Virus record (IMG/VR): IMGVR_UViG_3300050158_000060
Coordinates: 1 to 24,290 of that record
Source of the DNA: a virus
Taxonomy: Duplodnaviria; Caudoviricetes
Reading direction: 5' to 3' (one strand)
Length of the DNA stretch: 24,290 bases
In this document: positions 1 to 8,108 of the stretch, in pieces
How the letters are laid out: each line of letters starts with the position of its first letter
How positions within the stretch are numbered: position 1 is the stretch's first letter
Program-made: the position numbers and the translations under genes
The notes under the pieces: generated by a model
Databases searched by the model: none
The model's input: the letters and a program-made list of their open reading frames with translations, nothing else
Told to the model about the DNA's origin: nothing

Positions 1-2186
1 ACCTTGAAGTTTTTGATGTGGGTGCCGGTTGTCATGGTTTGCGGAGTGCCGGATGTACGCAACCCAGCTCGGCCTGTCGCGGTGATGCTGGCGTCTGTCG
101 CCGTCACAGCCACCACACCATCCACCTTCCCCGTCAGGGTTGAGCCATTGACCTCAAATCGGAGAGTCTTTGTTTGACCTGCTGTAAAAGTGGCCGTATA
201 TGTGGCTCCAAGCTGCGTGTTTGTGCCGCCGACTGTTTTGAAAATCTGCCAACCCCCAGCCGTCCGCGCGTAGCGGAACAAATACAGATCATTGGGAGAG
301 GCCGAGGCAGATGCGCGAGCGCAGACACCGGGGGTATCTGTAATCTCGCTCAGACAAACAAGATCGGCCTCTACTGCGTAGTTTGCTGACGGAGGCACGT
401 AGTTGTAGATATAGATCCCGCCAACCGTGTCGGTGTTGTAGACACCGCCTGAGCCGTTGATGTATGTCGGCAGGGTCGGTGGGTTCGGCGGGAACGGCTG
501 CCATGTCTGCGCGGCCTCCGACAGGTGGTCGGTCAGTAGCACGCCGCCCTGTCCGAAAAACGTGTCGTTTGCACCAATGCCAGCGCCGAGGTAGTACGTG
601 CCCTCGGTGTAAATGCCTGCGCCATTCGTGCAGCGAAATACCAGCGCGGCGCTGGTGAATCCACCAGGGCAGGCGCCTGACAGAATGCGCGTCACCGGGT
701 CAAATGACAGCCACCCGGGACCAGATACCAGCGTCAGCCCCGAGTGTGACCCGTGGGGGCAATTGCCGTTGTCCCAATTGCGTGCACCGCGTGGAATTGT
801 GTAGCTGTAGGCCGCACCCGGGGTTGGTGCAGGCAGCGCTGGTATCGTCAGCTTAGGGCGCACGTAGACCGCAAAACGGAACGGCTTTGCAAACCCAATA
901 TCAGATCGCTCAGGATACACAGCGCCGTGTACCACCCCGGCCTGCACGCTAAACGTGTTGGAAAAGGCCAGGGTGCGTGTGCCTGACGTGTACGTTGTGC
1001 CGACTGGGTAGGTATCAGCAACATCAAGCGGCGATGTGTATTCATCGACTCGACCGGGGCCGTTGATATCGGTTGCGTGGTGGAACTTGATGCGCTCATT
1101 TGTGACCGCTGCGCCCCAGACTGACGATTGCGACGGCAACACCAGCGACCCGACTGAGCCGTAATCAATTTCAAGCGTCGTGTTCCCGCCTGCCGCTGCA
1201 ACAGCAACCGACGCACTGGGAATCCAAACGCGGTAGCTGCTTATTTCCGTCGTGAACTCACTCGTGCTCGTCCATTTTGACTCGTCGTACGTATAGCCAC
1301 GCGCAGCGCCGGAAATGATCGCGCCAAACATGAAATACCAGAGACTGTTTAGCCGGGTGCTATCGTAATTGTCAGTTGTGCTGCCGACCAGTGTGACTCC
1401 ATCGTCTGCGTATGTTTCGAGCTTGATCGTCGTCGCCGTGAAAGTGGCGCGAGTGATCTGCCAAGCCCCATCCGTCTTTGATGCGTAAGTCTGGGGGGTC
1501 CAGTCGCCGCCCGTCTCGTACGCCGCCAGGCCAGAGGCTGCGTTTGTGTACTCAAAATAGTCATCCTCTTTGCCCGCCACGGCCTCGGCGCCACCTCGCG
1601 CCAACAGCGCCCAGTAAGAGACGCCCGCATTCGCGCCCGGGACTGATATATCAAGCGCTGCGGGTACATTCATACGCCACCGCCACTCTACAATCCTTGC
1701 GCCAGCTACCGCAGAGTGCGCAAGCCCGTGCACATGGCCCTGCACAACTGGGCGGTATGTGAACGATGGGCCGCTAGCGTTGGAGCGAACGCCAAGCAGT
1801 GGACGCTCTGACGCTGTAGCAGTGCGGCCTTTCAGCCTCATCACGCCGCCCGACATAGTGATAATGTCGCCCAGGCTTGGGATCGGGACACCATCATTCG
1901 CGTCAGCGTGGCCGGTCGAATATGGGTCGCCCGTGTACGACACGGATGTAAGCGCCGTGTGGCGTCGGTCGCGCTGACTGAATGCAGGGCTCCATTTGCC
2001 AAATGGGTTTCCGGGTCGGATCAATTCGCTAGACAATGCGCCGTCGAATTTCTCGACGTGGGCCAGCGTATAGCCCACGTAAGCGCCGGTGCCTGCCGCC
2101 CCCTCCGAAAGCAACTCAAGCACATCGATGCGCGGCACCCCATAGGCTGCGGCGATGATTGCCGCAATGGTATTTGGGTAGGCCAT
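1..2186 (-). CDS. Large putative virion glycan-binding/hydrolase protein (GH16-like + Ig-like He_PIG + ConA/LamG-like domain); partial, runs off the left edge
   Basis: Not in the ORF track. Manual translation from ATG 2186 (2 nt after the stop of the 124-aa gene) is open for 728 codons to the window edge. GH16-like segments: GYTLAHVEKFDG, ITMSGGVMRLKGR, VEWRWRM..SYWALL..GKEDDYFEY (ExDxxE, nt 1551-1568), TEISSYRVW. Ig-like motif GPGWLSFDPVTRILSG (~675-722). C-terminal beta-sandwich NYAVEADL..LRFEVNGSTLTGKVDG..GRAGLR..IKNFK. Confidence 0.8.
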   Translation of the reverse strand, partial: MAYPNTIAAIIAAAYGVPRIDVLELLSEGAAGTGAYVGYTLAHVEKFDGALSSELIRPGNPFGKWSPAFSQRDRRHTALTSVSYTGDPYSTGHADANDGVPIPSLGDIITMSGGVMRLKGRTATASERPLLGVRSNASGPSFTYRPVVQGHVHGLAHSAVAGARIVEWRWRMNVPAALDISVPGANAGVSYWALLARGGAEAVAGKEDDYFEYTNAASGLAAYETGGDWTPQTYASKTDGAWQITRATFTATTIKLETYADDGVTLVGSTTDNYDSTRLNSLWYFMFGAIISGAARGYTYDESKWTSTSEFTTEISSYRVWIPSASVAVAAAGGNTTLEIDYGSVGSLVLPSQSSVWGAAVTNERIKFHHATDINGPGRVDEYTSPLDVADTYPVGTTYTSGTRTLAFSNTFSVQAGVVHGAVYPERSDIGFAKPFRFAVYVRPKLTIPALPAPTPGAAYSYTIPRGARNWDNGNCPHGSHSGLTLVSGPGWLSFDPVTRILSGACPGGFTSAALVFRCTNGAGIYTEGTYYLGAGIGANDTFFGQGGVLLTDHLSEAAQTWQPFPPNPPTLPTYINGSGGVYNTDTVGGIYIYNYVPPSANYAVEADLVCLSEITDTPGVCARASASASPNDLYLFRYARTAGGWQIFKTVGGTNTQLGATYTATFTAGQTKTLRFEVNGSTLTGKVDGVVAVTATDASITATGRAGLRTSGTPQTMTTGTHIKNFK

Positions 2187-2188
2187 GC

Positions 2189-2563
2189 TCACGCCTTCCC
2201 ACCAACCACGTCATAGACATCGGTGCCGATCTGGACAAGCGCGCAATATGGGCTCGTTGCACCGGTCGTGCGCACGTCATTGACTGTCGCTCCGCTGCCA
2301 GCAGTGACAGTTACGGTGCCGCGAATTGCGCAACCAAATCCGGAGCCAAGACCGGCAGGGACGGTTGCGGCCTGGGCCGATGAGCACACCAACGTGACGC
2401 CAGCATCTGCGGACGTGAGCGCCCGACTTGTGAACGCCACAGGCGCACTCAGGCTGCTTGAGGATGTAAGTTGCTCCTCCCCGTTCGGGCCGATGACCCC
2501 GGCGAACTTCTTTGTCACCGGATCGAAAAGGTTGTTGTGCAGGTCCTTGATGTAGCCACTCAT
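2189..2563 (-). CDS. Putative small virion fibre/decoration protein
   Basis: 124 aa, rich in Ser/Thr/Ala/Gly. The C-terminal ~80 aa (LTSADAGVTLVC..TVPAGLGSGF..TVTVTAGSGATVN..ALVQIGTDVYDVVG) resemble beta-rich tips of phage fibre proteins. ATGA-type overlap with the upstream gene; lies in the head module. Confidence 0.55.
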   Translation of the reverse strand: MSGYIKDLHNNLFDPVTKKFAGVIGPNGEEQLTSSSSLSAPVAFTSRALTSADAGVTLVCSSAQAATVPAGLGSGFGCAIRGTVTVTAGSGATVNDVRTTGATSPYCALVQIGTDVYDVVGGKA

Positions 2564-2877
2564 TTGTCATCCCCATAAAGAACTTGCGCAGCGTTGCGCA
2601 CCACTGCGCCGATCTCGACGCCCATGTCCGTGATCTGCATGTCCAGGCTCACGTCGTTGCTCCCGTCGGGGTCAGCCTCGACCGACTCGCTGGTGCGCAC
2701 CACGATGGCCTGGGCGCTGATGCGCACCGCGCTACCCGCCTTGACTGCCTTGGTGATGCCCAACGCCTCGCACTGTTCGGCGTCCAGATAGATGCGCAGG
2801 CCATAGCCGTACGGGGCCGCGCCCATCGGCGCGCAGGTGTCCGCGTCGGCCGTGTTCTTGAGGTTGACGAGCTTCAT
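2560..2877 (-). CDS. Capsid staple/cement-like protein (Ralstonia phage GP4 gp10-like)
   Basis: Motif PYGYGLRIYLDAEQCEALGI..VRISAQAIVVRTSES..VSLDMQITDM, directly after the portal. Start moved to ATG 2877 (MKLVNLK), which has GAGG upstream. Confidence 0.6.
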   Translation of the reverse strand: MKLVNLKNTADADTCAPMGAAPYGYGLRIYLDAEQCEALGITKAVKAGSAVRISAQAIVVRTSESVEADPDGSNDVSLDMQITDMGVEIGAVVRNAAQVLYGDDK

Positions 2878-2887
2878 GGGGTGGGCC

Positions 2888-4561
2888 TCATGTGTAGCCA
2901 CTGAACGCGCGTGTCACGTCAGTCAGGGCGTTGTTGGTCTGTGTGGGGGCCTGGGCCAAGTTCTTGGCCGTCTGGCTGGCCTGCTGCATTTGCTCGGCCT
3001 GCTGGGCCTGCTGCTGGGCCTGGGCGCGGGCCTTACGGATCAGTGCCACCTTGTCGTCGGCTACGATCAACGTGGGGCTCACGCCGAGCGCGTCGCTGTA
3101 CTCCTCAATCCACTTGTCCTCGTCGAACTTGTCGAGCACGCCCGGCTTGATCTGGGCCACTGCGCCCAGGTTGCCCACTAGTCGGTCGATGCTGTTCGTG
3201 CCGATGGCGCGCTGGGCTTGCGCCAGCATGCTGATGAAGTCGACATTGAGCTCTTGGCCGTGCAGCTCAGGGGGCGGGGGTGGCAGCATGCCCGCCTTGA
3301 GCATGCGCGCGAACGTCGATTCGATCAGCGGGTTCAGCTCCTCGTTGTGCAAGCGCTCGACCGTGGGGCCGAGCATGAGCAGCTTTTCCTCGTGCCGTTC
3401 GGCCACCTCGGCGGCCGTCTTTTGCGTGTCCGAGCCATCGGACAGCATGAGGAACATGTCTGTGTGAAAGGCCTCGCGGATGCGACCACGCACATCCTGC
3501 ATGTCGCCCAGCAAGTCGCGCAGGTTGAGCGTCACTTCGAAGGCGTTGCGGATGCCCGCCCCCGGCGTGGCGCCGTCGTAGTACGTCACGCCCCCGGGGA
3601 GCATGTCGACCTCGTTGTTCTTCATGCCGGCCGGTGCTTGCAGCGGGGGCTTGGTCTGATAGTCAATGGCTTGACCCTTGCGTAGCTGCTGTTGCTGCAG
3701 CTGCATGGTGTCGCCCAGCGCCTCCATGCCGGGGCTGTTGCCGTAGATATCGCCGCCCGAGGTGGACCAGCGCGAGCACAGTGCGGGGAAGCCGTCAAAC
3801 CCGGATTCGCTCAGGTACTTGCCATCGTGCGCGCCCACCTCGAAGTAGGCCGAGCGCCAGGCCATGTTCTTGGCGTCCTTGGCGGCGAAATCCCGATTGC
3901 GTCGAGGCTCGATCAAATGGATCAGAGGCACCCAGGCGCCCAGCGTGCCGCGGGTGTAGAGGTTCTGCACCGTGGTGCTGCAGTTCTCAAAACCGAACTG
4001 GCCCACCACCTCGGCCACGGTTTTCTCAAACTCGCGGCTGAGCGTGTCGACGTTGCCTTTGAAGTCGGTGGCGATCGCATACTCGCCCGCCGTCAGGCTG
4101 TGGTGATGAATGACGTTGGTGTAGTCGTCCATGACCACTTTGGCCGAGGTGCCGAAGACGGCCAGCTCCTCGTAGGTCGTGTGCAGCGCGCGATATGTGT
4201 TGGACTTGGCGAACACCGACAACATCAAGCGCGTCACATCGGCCAGGTACATGCGCACAGGCGCGTACTTGTTGAGGTCTTGGTCCGACGTGGCCAGGCG
4301 AAACCAGGGCCGGGCCGGGCTGGTCATGCCGCCCATCATTCCGGCGGCCAGCACGCGCACCGCGCCCGTGGCGCTGCGGTCGTAGATGTTGTTGTGACGA
4401 CGCGCGCCGCGGTTGCGGTCCTGCACGAAGTAGCGCCCCGAGCGGGGCAGGAAGAAGTTTGACAGCAAAGACCAGTGCGGCATCCACGTCGCGCGCTCCA
4501 GCTTGAGCTCGGCGTGGCGGCGCAGATCCTGCTGGCGTTGGGTTTCCGGGCCGGCCATCAC
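2888..4561 (-). CDS. Portal protein (head-to-tail connector, BPP-1 Bbp21/T7-like family)
   Basis: 557 aa with TSPARPWFRL, FGT, RW..GDIYGNSPGMEALGD, TAAEVAERHEEKLLMLGPTVERL and a Gln/Ala-rich C-terminus; downstream of the terminase. Confidence 0.93.
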   Translation of the reverse strand: MMAGPETQRQQDLRRHAELKLERATWMPHWSLLSNFFLPRSGRYFVQDRNRGARRHNNIYDRSATGAVRVLAAGMMGGMTSPARPWFRLATSDQDLNKYAPVRMYLADVTRLMLSVFAKSNTYRALHTTYEELAVFGTSAKVVMDDYTNVIHHHSLTAGEYAIATDFKGNVDTLSREFEKTVAEVVGQFGFENCSTTVQNLYTRGTLGAWVPLIHLIEPRRNRDFAAKDAKNMAWRSAYFEVGAHDGKYLSESGFDGFPALCSRWSTSGGDIYGNSPGMEALGDTMQLQQQQLRKGQAIDYQTKPPLQAPAGMKNNEVDMLPGGVTYYDGATPGAGIRNAFEVTLNLRDLLGDMQDVRGRIREAFHTDMFLMLSDGSDTQKTAAEVAERHEEKLLMLGPTVERLHNEELNPLIESTFARMLKAGMLPPPPPELHGQELNVDFISMLAQAQRAIGTNSIDRLVGNLGAVAQIKPGVLDKFDEDKWIEEYSDALGVSPTLIVADDKVALIRKARAQAQQQAQQAEQMQQASQTAKNLAQAPTQTNNALTDVTRAFSGYT

Positions 4562-4869
4562 CCACCCCCCAACAGCGTTTGCTTGCCCAGCGTGAGCTGG
4601 CCAGGGTCTACCCCCGTGGGGCCTGTAAGCATGGTGCCTGCCTGGCCCGACTTGGCCGCCGTCATGTTGGCTGACTCCATGGCCGCACTGTCGGGGCTCT
4701 TGGCGTTCGCGCGGTTCGTGGCTTCATCCGTGGCCTGCGCAGTCTTCTGCGCGTTGATCACAGCTTGACGCGCCGAGGCGCGAGACTGCTGATTGGCTTT
4801 GTTGCCTTCATAGCCCGAATACACGGCGGCTGCGGCAGCCACCCCTACGGCGACAAAGGCCACGCTCAT
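4558..4869 (-). CDS. Small virion-associated protein preceding the portal
   Basis: 103 aa with a hydrophobic Ala-rich N-terminus and C-terminal TMLTGPTGVDPGQLTLGKQTLLGG, typical of the gene just before the portal in BPP-1-like podoviruses. ATGA overlaps on both sides. Confidence 0.7.
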   Translation of the reverse strand: MSVAFVAVGVAAAAAVYSGYEGNKANQQSRASARQAVINAQKTAQATDEATNRANAKSPDSAAMESANMTAAKSGQAGTMLTGPTGVDPGQLTLGKQTLLGGG

Positions 4870-5423
4870 GCGAAGCGCTCCACCACTGACAGGTCAAGCG
4901 CGTCAAGCCGGCTGTCCATGAGCAGGTCGGCGTGCGCCGTGAGCATGGACTCGATGACAGCCATGTCCCGCGTGTTCGTGGGGTTGGCGTGCACCGTCAG
5001 CCATGTCGTGTCTGTGTGACCGCGGCCAATGCGCATCATGTCGGGGTCAGAGCTCAAGACGTGAAAGCCAGTCAGCCGGTCCCGCTTGCCCTCTGACCAC
5101 ACCGTGATATCGCCCAGGCAGATATTGAGACAGCCCTCTTTGTGGGGCAGGCCCACAAGAATGGTGTCCTTGCGGATCAACACCGAGCGCGCGTACAGCC
5201 CAGGGGCCCAGTAGCTGGTGGTGTCGATATCCGTGATGCCTTCCTCGGCCTCGATGGCCAGGGCCATCTGCGCAAAGGCCAGGATCTGCGCCTTTGTCGG
5301 ACGCTCGGGGAGCATCAAGGCGATGGCGTCCTCGACCTCCTCAAGCGTCAGAGCCACCGGCTCGACGGCGTCAACGTGGTCAAGCGTGGGTTGGTCAAGT
5401 GTTGAGTGATCCATAGGGGTCAT
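4866..5423 (-). CDS. Phage cupin-like hypothetical protein
   Basis: 185 aa; pattern WAPGLYARSVLIRKDTILVGLPHK..LNICLGDITVW..RIGRGHTDTTWLTVH suggests a double-stranded beta-helix fold. Start could also be the second Met. Confidence 0.6.
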   Translation of the reverse strand: MTPMDHSTLDQPTLDHVDAVEPVALTLEEVEDAIALMLPERPTKAQILAFAQMALAIEAEEGITDIDTTSYWAPGLYARSVLIRKDTILVGLPHKEGCLNICLGDITVWSEGKRDRLTGFHVLSSDPDMMRIGRGHTDTTWLTVHANPTNTRDMAVIESMLTAHADLLMDSRLDALDLSVVERFA

Positions 5424-6984
5424 GCTCGCGCCGAGCCCCCGCGCTATGTGAACTGAACCGCTTGGGCCTCTTTGGCGTGTCGATGTTGGCCAGCACCACG
5501 GCCGTGGCCCGGTCGACCGAGCGCTTGAGCTTTTCGTAGATCTCGTCGCGGCTGGCCACCTTGATCACCATGCCCTGCACTGACCACGTGGGCGTGCACA
5601 ACTCGCGCAGCAGCTCGGGGTCGTTGGGCAGTGCGTAGCCCAGGTCGCGGGCCGGGTCAAGGTCCTCGCGCAGCTTCCACCACCACTGTGATCGCTGGTT
5701 CAAAAAGCGCAGGCGCCCCGACTGGTCCGTGCCCGTGGCTTTCTCCGACACGTTCACGCCCAGGATGTGCACGCCCATGCTGTTGAGCACGTCATAAGGG
5801 CTTGAGCCCACGCCGATGACGTCGATGTGAACGGGCGTCTCATCACGTCGGGCGCCGATCACCAGGCCAGCCACCACCGGACCGTCGGGGGTTTGCGTTC
5901 CAGGCGTGCATTTGAGCTTGTCGAACCATTTGCCCTTGCCGTCTGGGTTGTCGTGCTTGGTCGAAATGACGGTGTTGTCCTTGCCGCCCCGGGCCACGTC
6001 GACGCCCATGCTGATCATCTCGCCCTTGGGTGAGCGATCGACCCAGCGGGCCATGGCCGCCTCGACCCAGGCCGTGGGGATCACCTGCCATGGGTCTTCC
6101 TCAATACCGGCTTTGAAGTCGCCGTACAGCATCTGGCTGCGAAGCGGTTCGGGCAATGCTTGCAGCTGGCTCATATACCCGGTGCTCATGAGGTAAGGGT
6201 TGTCGGTTAAGCGCGCAGGGATGAAGGTGCGCGACTTGGGTGTGATCACGTCCTCGGGTGCATAGGTGTCTGGGTTGAAGTCGTACGCACGTTCGCCATC
6301 GACCAGCACAAAGGGGCGCCCGTCTGGCACCTCGTGGTCTTTACCGTTGATGGTCGTGAACCAGCGCAACTCGCCCGGCTGTGCGGGGTTGGGGTGCTTG
6401 CTGTCAAGCCAGGGCGCGAAGAAGTCCAGCACCCACCGGCCTTCTTGGGTGGTGGGCGGGTTGAAAGTCATGATCACGCGGCTGCGTACCGTCTTGCTGG
6501 TGCGAAGCCAGCCCATCACAAAGCGCACTTGCGCCTCGCGCATCTCGGTGACCTCGTCAAAGGCCTTGAGATCATGGGGGCGGCCTTGCCATCGGCGCTC
6601 GTCGCCTGGGTTGTCCAGCCCTGCGAACTCGACCAAGCCCGTGGGCAGGCGCCAGATGGATTTTTGCGAGTTGAACCCGTCCGTGCCGTCAAGCAAGTCG
6701 GTCATGCGCTGGATCACGCCCTCGGTCTGCGCCTTCTCGCGTCGCACCACCAGGCACCGCTCGTGCTTCGTGGTGACCAGCCCGGCGACCAGGTCAGTCT
6801 TGCCCCCGCCAGCCGCGCCCCCGTAGCCAACGATATCAGCCATCGACTCCATGGCCATGGTCTGAGGGCCGGGCAATGGCACCCACAGGCGTGCACTCAT
6901 GTCAGCCAGCACCAGCTCGTCGAGCTCGGCGCGCTCCTCGTCGGTGAGATAGCCATAGATGGCCTTGATCTCAGCTGGCGTCAT
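5395..6984 (-). CDS. terL: Terminase large subunit
   Basis: 529 aa; Walker A GGAAGGGKT, Walker B KAFDEVT, motif III TFNPP, DNPYL, and RNase H-like nuclease motifs GVDVARGGKD and HIDVIGVG. Confidence 0.95.
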   Translation of the reverse strand: MTPAEIKAIYGYLTDEERAELDELVLADMSARLWVPLPGPQTMAMESMADIVGYGGAAGGGKTDLVAGLVTTKHERCLVVRREKAQTEGVIQRMTDLLDGTDGFNSQKSIWRLPTGLVEFAGLDNPGDERRWQGRPHDLKAFDEVTEMREAQVRFVMGWLRTSKTVRSRVIMTFNPPTTQEGRWVLDFFAPWLDSKHPNPAQPGELRWFTTINGKDHEVPDGRPFVLVDGERAYDFNPDTYAPEDVITPKSRTFIPARLTDNPYLMSTGYMSQLQALPEPLRSQMLYGDFKAGIEEDPWQVIPTAWVEAAMARWVDRSPKGEMISMGVDVARGGKDNTVISTKHDNPDGKGKWFDKLKCTPGTQTPDGPVVAGLVIGARRDETPVHIDVIGVGSSPYDVLNSMGVHILGVNVSEKATGTDQSGRLRFLNQRSQWWWKLREDLDPARDLGYALPNDPELLRELCTPTWSVQGMVIKVASRDEIYEKLKRSVDRATAVVLANIDTPKRPKRFSSHSAGARREHDPYGSLNT

Positions 6985-7571
6985 GCGAGGTGGCCGAACC
7001 GTTGTTCGTCGTCTTTGCGCTTGGCGCCCTGGGCCAGGATCGCGGCCAGGCGCGCGGCGCGTGCCGTGGGGTCGATGGCCCGTGCGTTGAGGTCGGCGCC
7101 ATCGGCGCCTGTCAGCTCGCTGCGCTCAGTGGCAAACGCCTTGCGGTGGCCTTTGAGCATGAGAGCTAGCAGAGCGTCGCTGTACTTGGTGACGGTGAGC
7201 CACACAGGGCGGCCGTTGGCGTCGAGCTTTTGCACGGGCCGCGTGTGCACCTCGACCTGGCCGTCCTTGCCCGCCACCTCATAGTTCTCAAGCAGGGTCT
7301 GGCCATGCTCGTCAATCTCCCAAACAGGGGTGAGCTGGCCTTGGTATACGACGGGCTCCTGAACGCCCACCACGGCCCGCCTACGGGCCTCTGCTTCGAG
7401 CAGATCGGTGGCCGCCTCTTTGGCCTCGACCATCGCCGCGGCGAAGTCGGCGTCTTTGGACTTGAGGCTGTTGACCGTGGAGGAGGAGACGCCCACCGCG
7501 CGTGCAGCCGTCGACACCATGCCGCACTGCGCGAGCTGGTCGAGGAATGGGGCAACCCAATGATGGTTCAT
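6981..7571 (-). CDS. terS: Terminase small subunit
   Basis: 196 aa; N-terminal HTH (FLDQLAQCGMVSTAARAVGVSSSTV), LEAEARRRAVVGV, YSDALLALMLK; ATGA-coupled to terL. Confidence 0.85.
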   Translation of the reverse strand: MNHHWVAPFLDQLAQCGMVSTAARAVGVSSSTVNSLKSKDADFAAAMVEAKEAATDLLEAEARRRAVVGVQEPVVYQGQLTPVWEIDEHGQTLLENYEVAGKDGQVEVHTRPVQKLDANGRPVWLTVTKYSDALLALMLKGHRKAFATERSELTGADGADLNARAIDPTARAARLAAILAQGAKRKDDEQRFGHLA

Positions 7572-7583
7572 GCCCTGAAATGT

Positions 7584-7901
7584 CTACCGACGCCGTCGGG
7601 GTATGTGAACGAGGCCGAACTCGTCAGGATCTGCAGGCGTGAACCGGTATGTTCTGGGCTTGGCCAAGCCTTTCTGGCCCACAACCATGTGCGCCCGGCG
7701 CTTACCGTTGGTGTAGTAGCTGATCGTCGCTTTGCACACGTCGAACTTGCGGGCCAGGTCCGCGATGCTCATGCCGTCGGCTCGAAGCTCGCAGATCAAC
7801 CACACATCGTGGTCGGAAAGTTTGGCGCGGTGGTGGTCCTCACCAACCACCTGGCCGGCATCGTTCACCGAGGCTTGGCGCAAGCGTGCAGTTTTACGCA
7901 T
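7584..7901 (-). CDS. HTH DNA-binding protein (possible late regulator)
   Basis: 105 aa; GEDHHRAKLSDHDVWLICELRADGMSIADLARKFDVCKATISYY is an HTH of the type found at the C-terminus of phage HNH proteins. Confidence 0.75.
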   Translation of the reverse strand: MRKTARLRQASVNDAGQVVGEDHHRAKLSDHDVWLICELRADGMSIADLARKFDVCKATISYYTNGKRRAHMVVGQKGLAKPRTYRFTPADPDEFGLVHIPRRRR

Positions 7902-7912
7902 GCGAGCCCCCT

Positions 7913-8100
7913 GCTACCCTTCTACCCTTGTTACCCTTCTTTTCCCTATTAAATACGCGGGCGCCCTGCGCGTCAGAAAATACCCCCCTATACGTGTTTT
8001 TAACTATCCCTTGAATAAGAAGGGTAACAAGGGTAGCAGGGTAGCTAGCTAGGGAAAACTTGTTACCCATGCCTGCGCAGCAAGGGCAACATGGGTAGCA
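7913..8100. repeat. Inverted iteron-like array, probable replication origin
   Basis: 29-bp arms 7913-7941 and 8017-8045 are reverse complements with one mismatch, each made of three (G/C/T)TACCCT-type units. They enclose an A/T-richer spacer. More units at 8061-8070, 8082-8100 and 8207-8218. Directly downstream of the primase-helicase. Confidence 0.75.
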
Positions 8101-8108
8101 AAACGCGA

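Noticed and set aside
2186-2213. Possible -1 frameshift fusing the 124-aa protein to the GH16-like protein
   Set aside because: The frames are compatible, but only 8 codons are open upstream of the ATG, there is no canonical X XXY YYZ slippery site, and the downstream gene has its own ATG with a purine-rich upstream sequence.
134-2383. Many short ORFs in the track across the left 2.2 kb, suggesting a non-coding or degraded region
   Set aside because: They are alternative-frame or antisense shadows of the single long minus-strand ORF 2186 to <1 and its neighbour.
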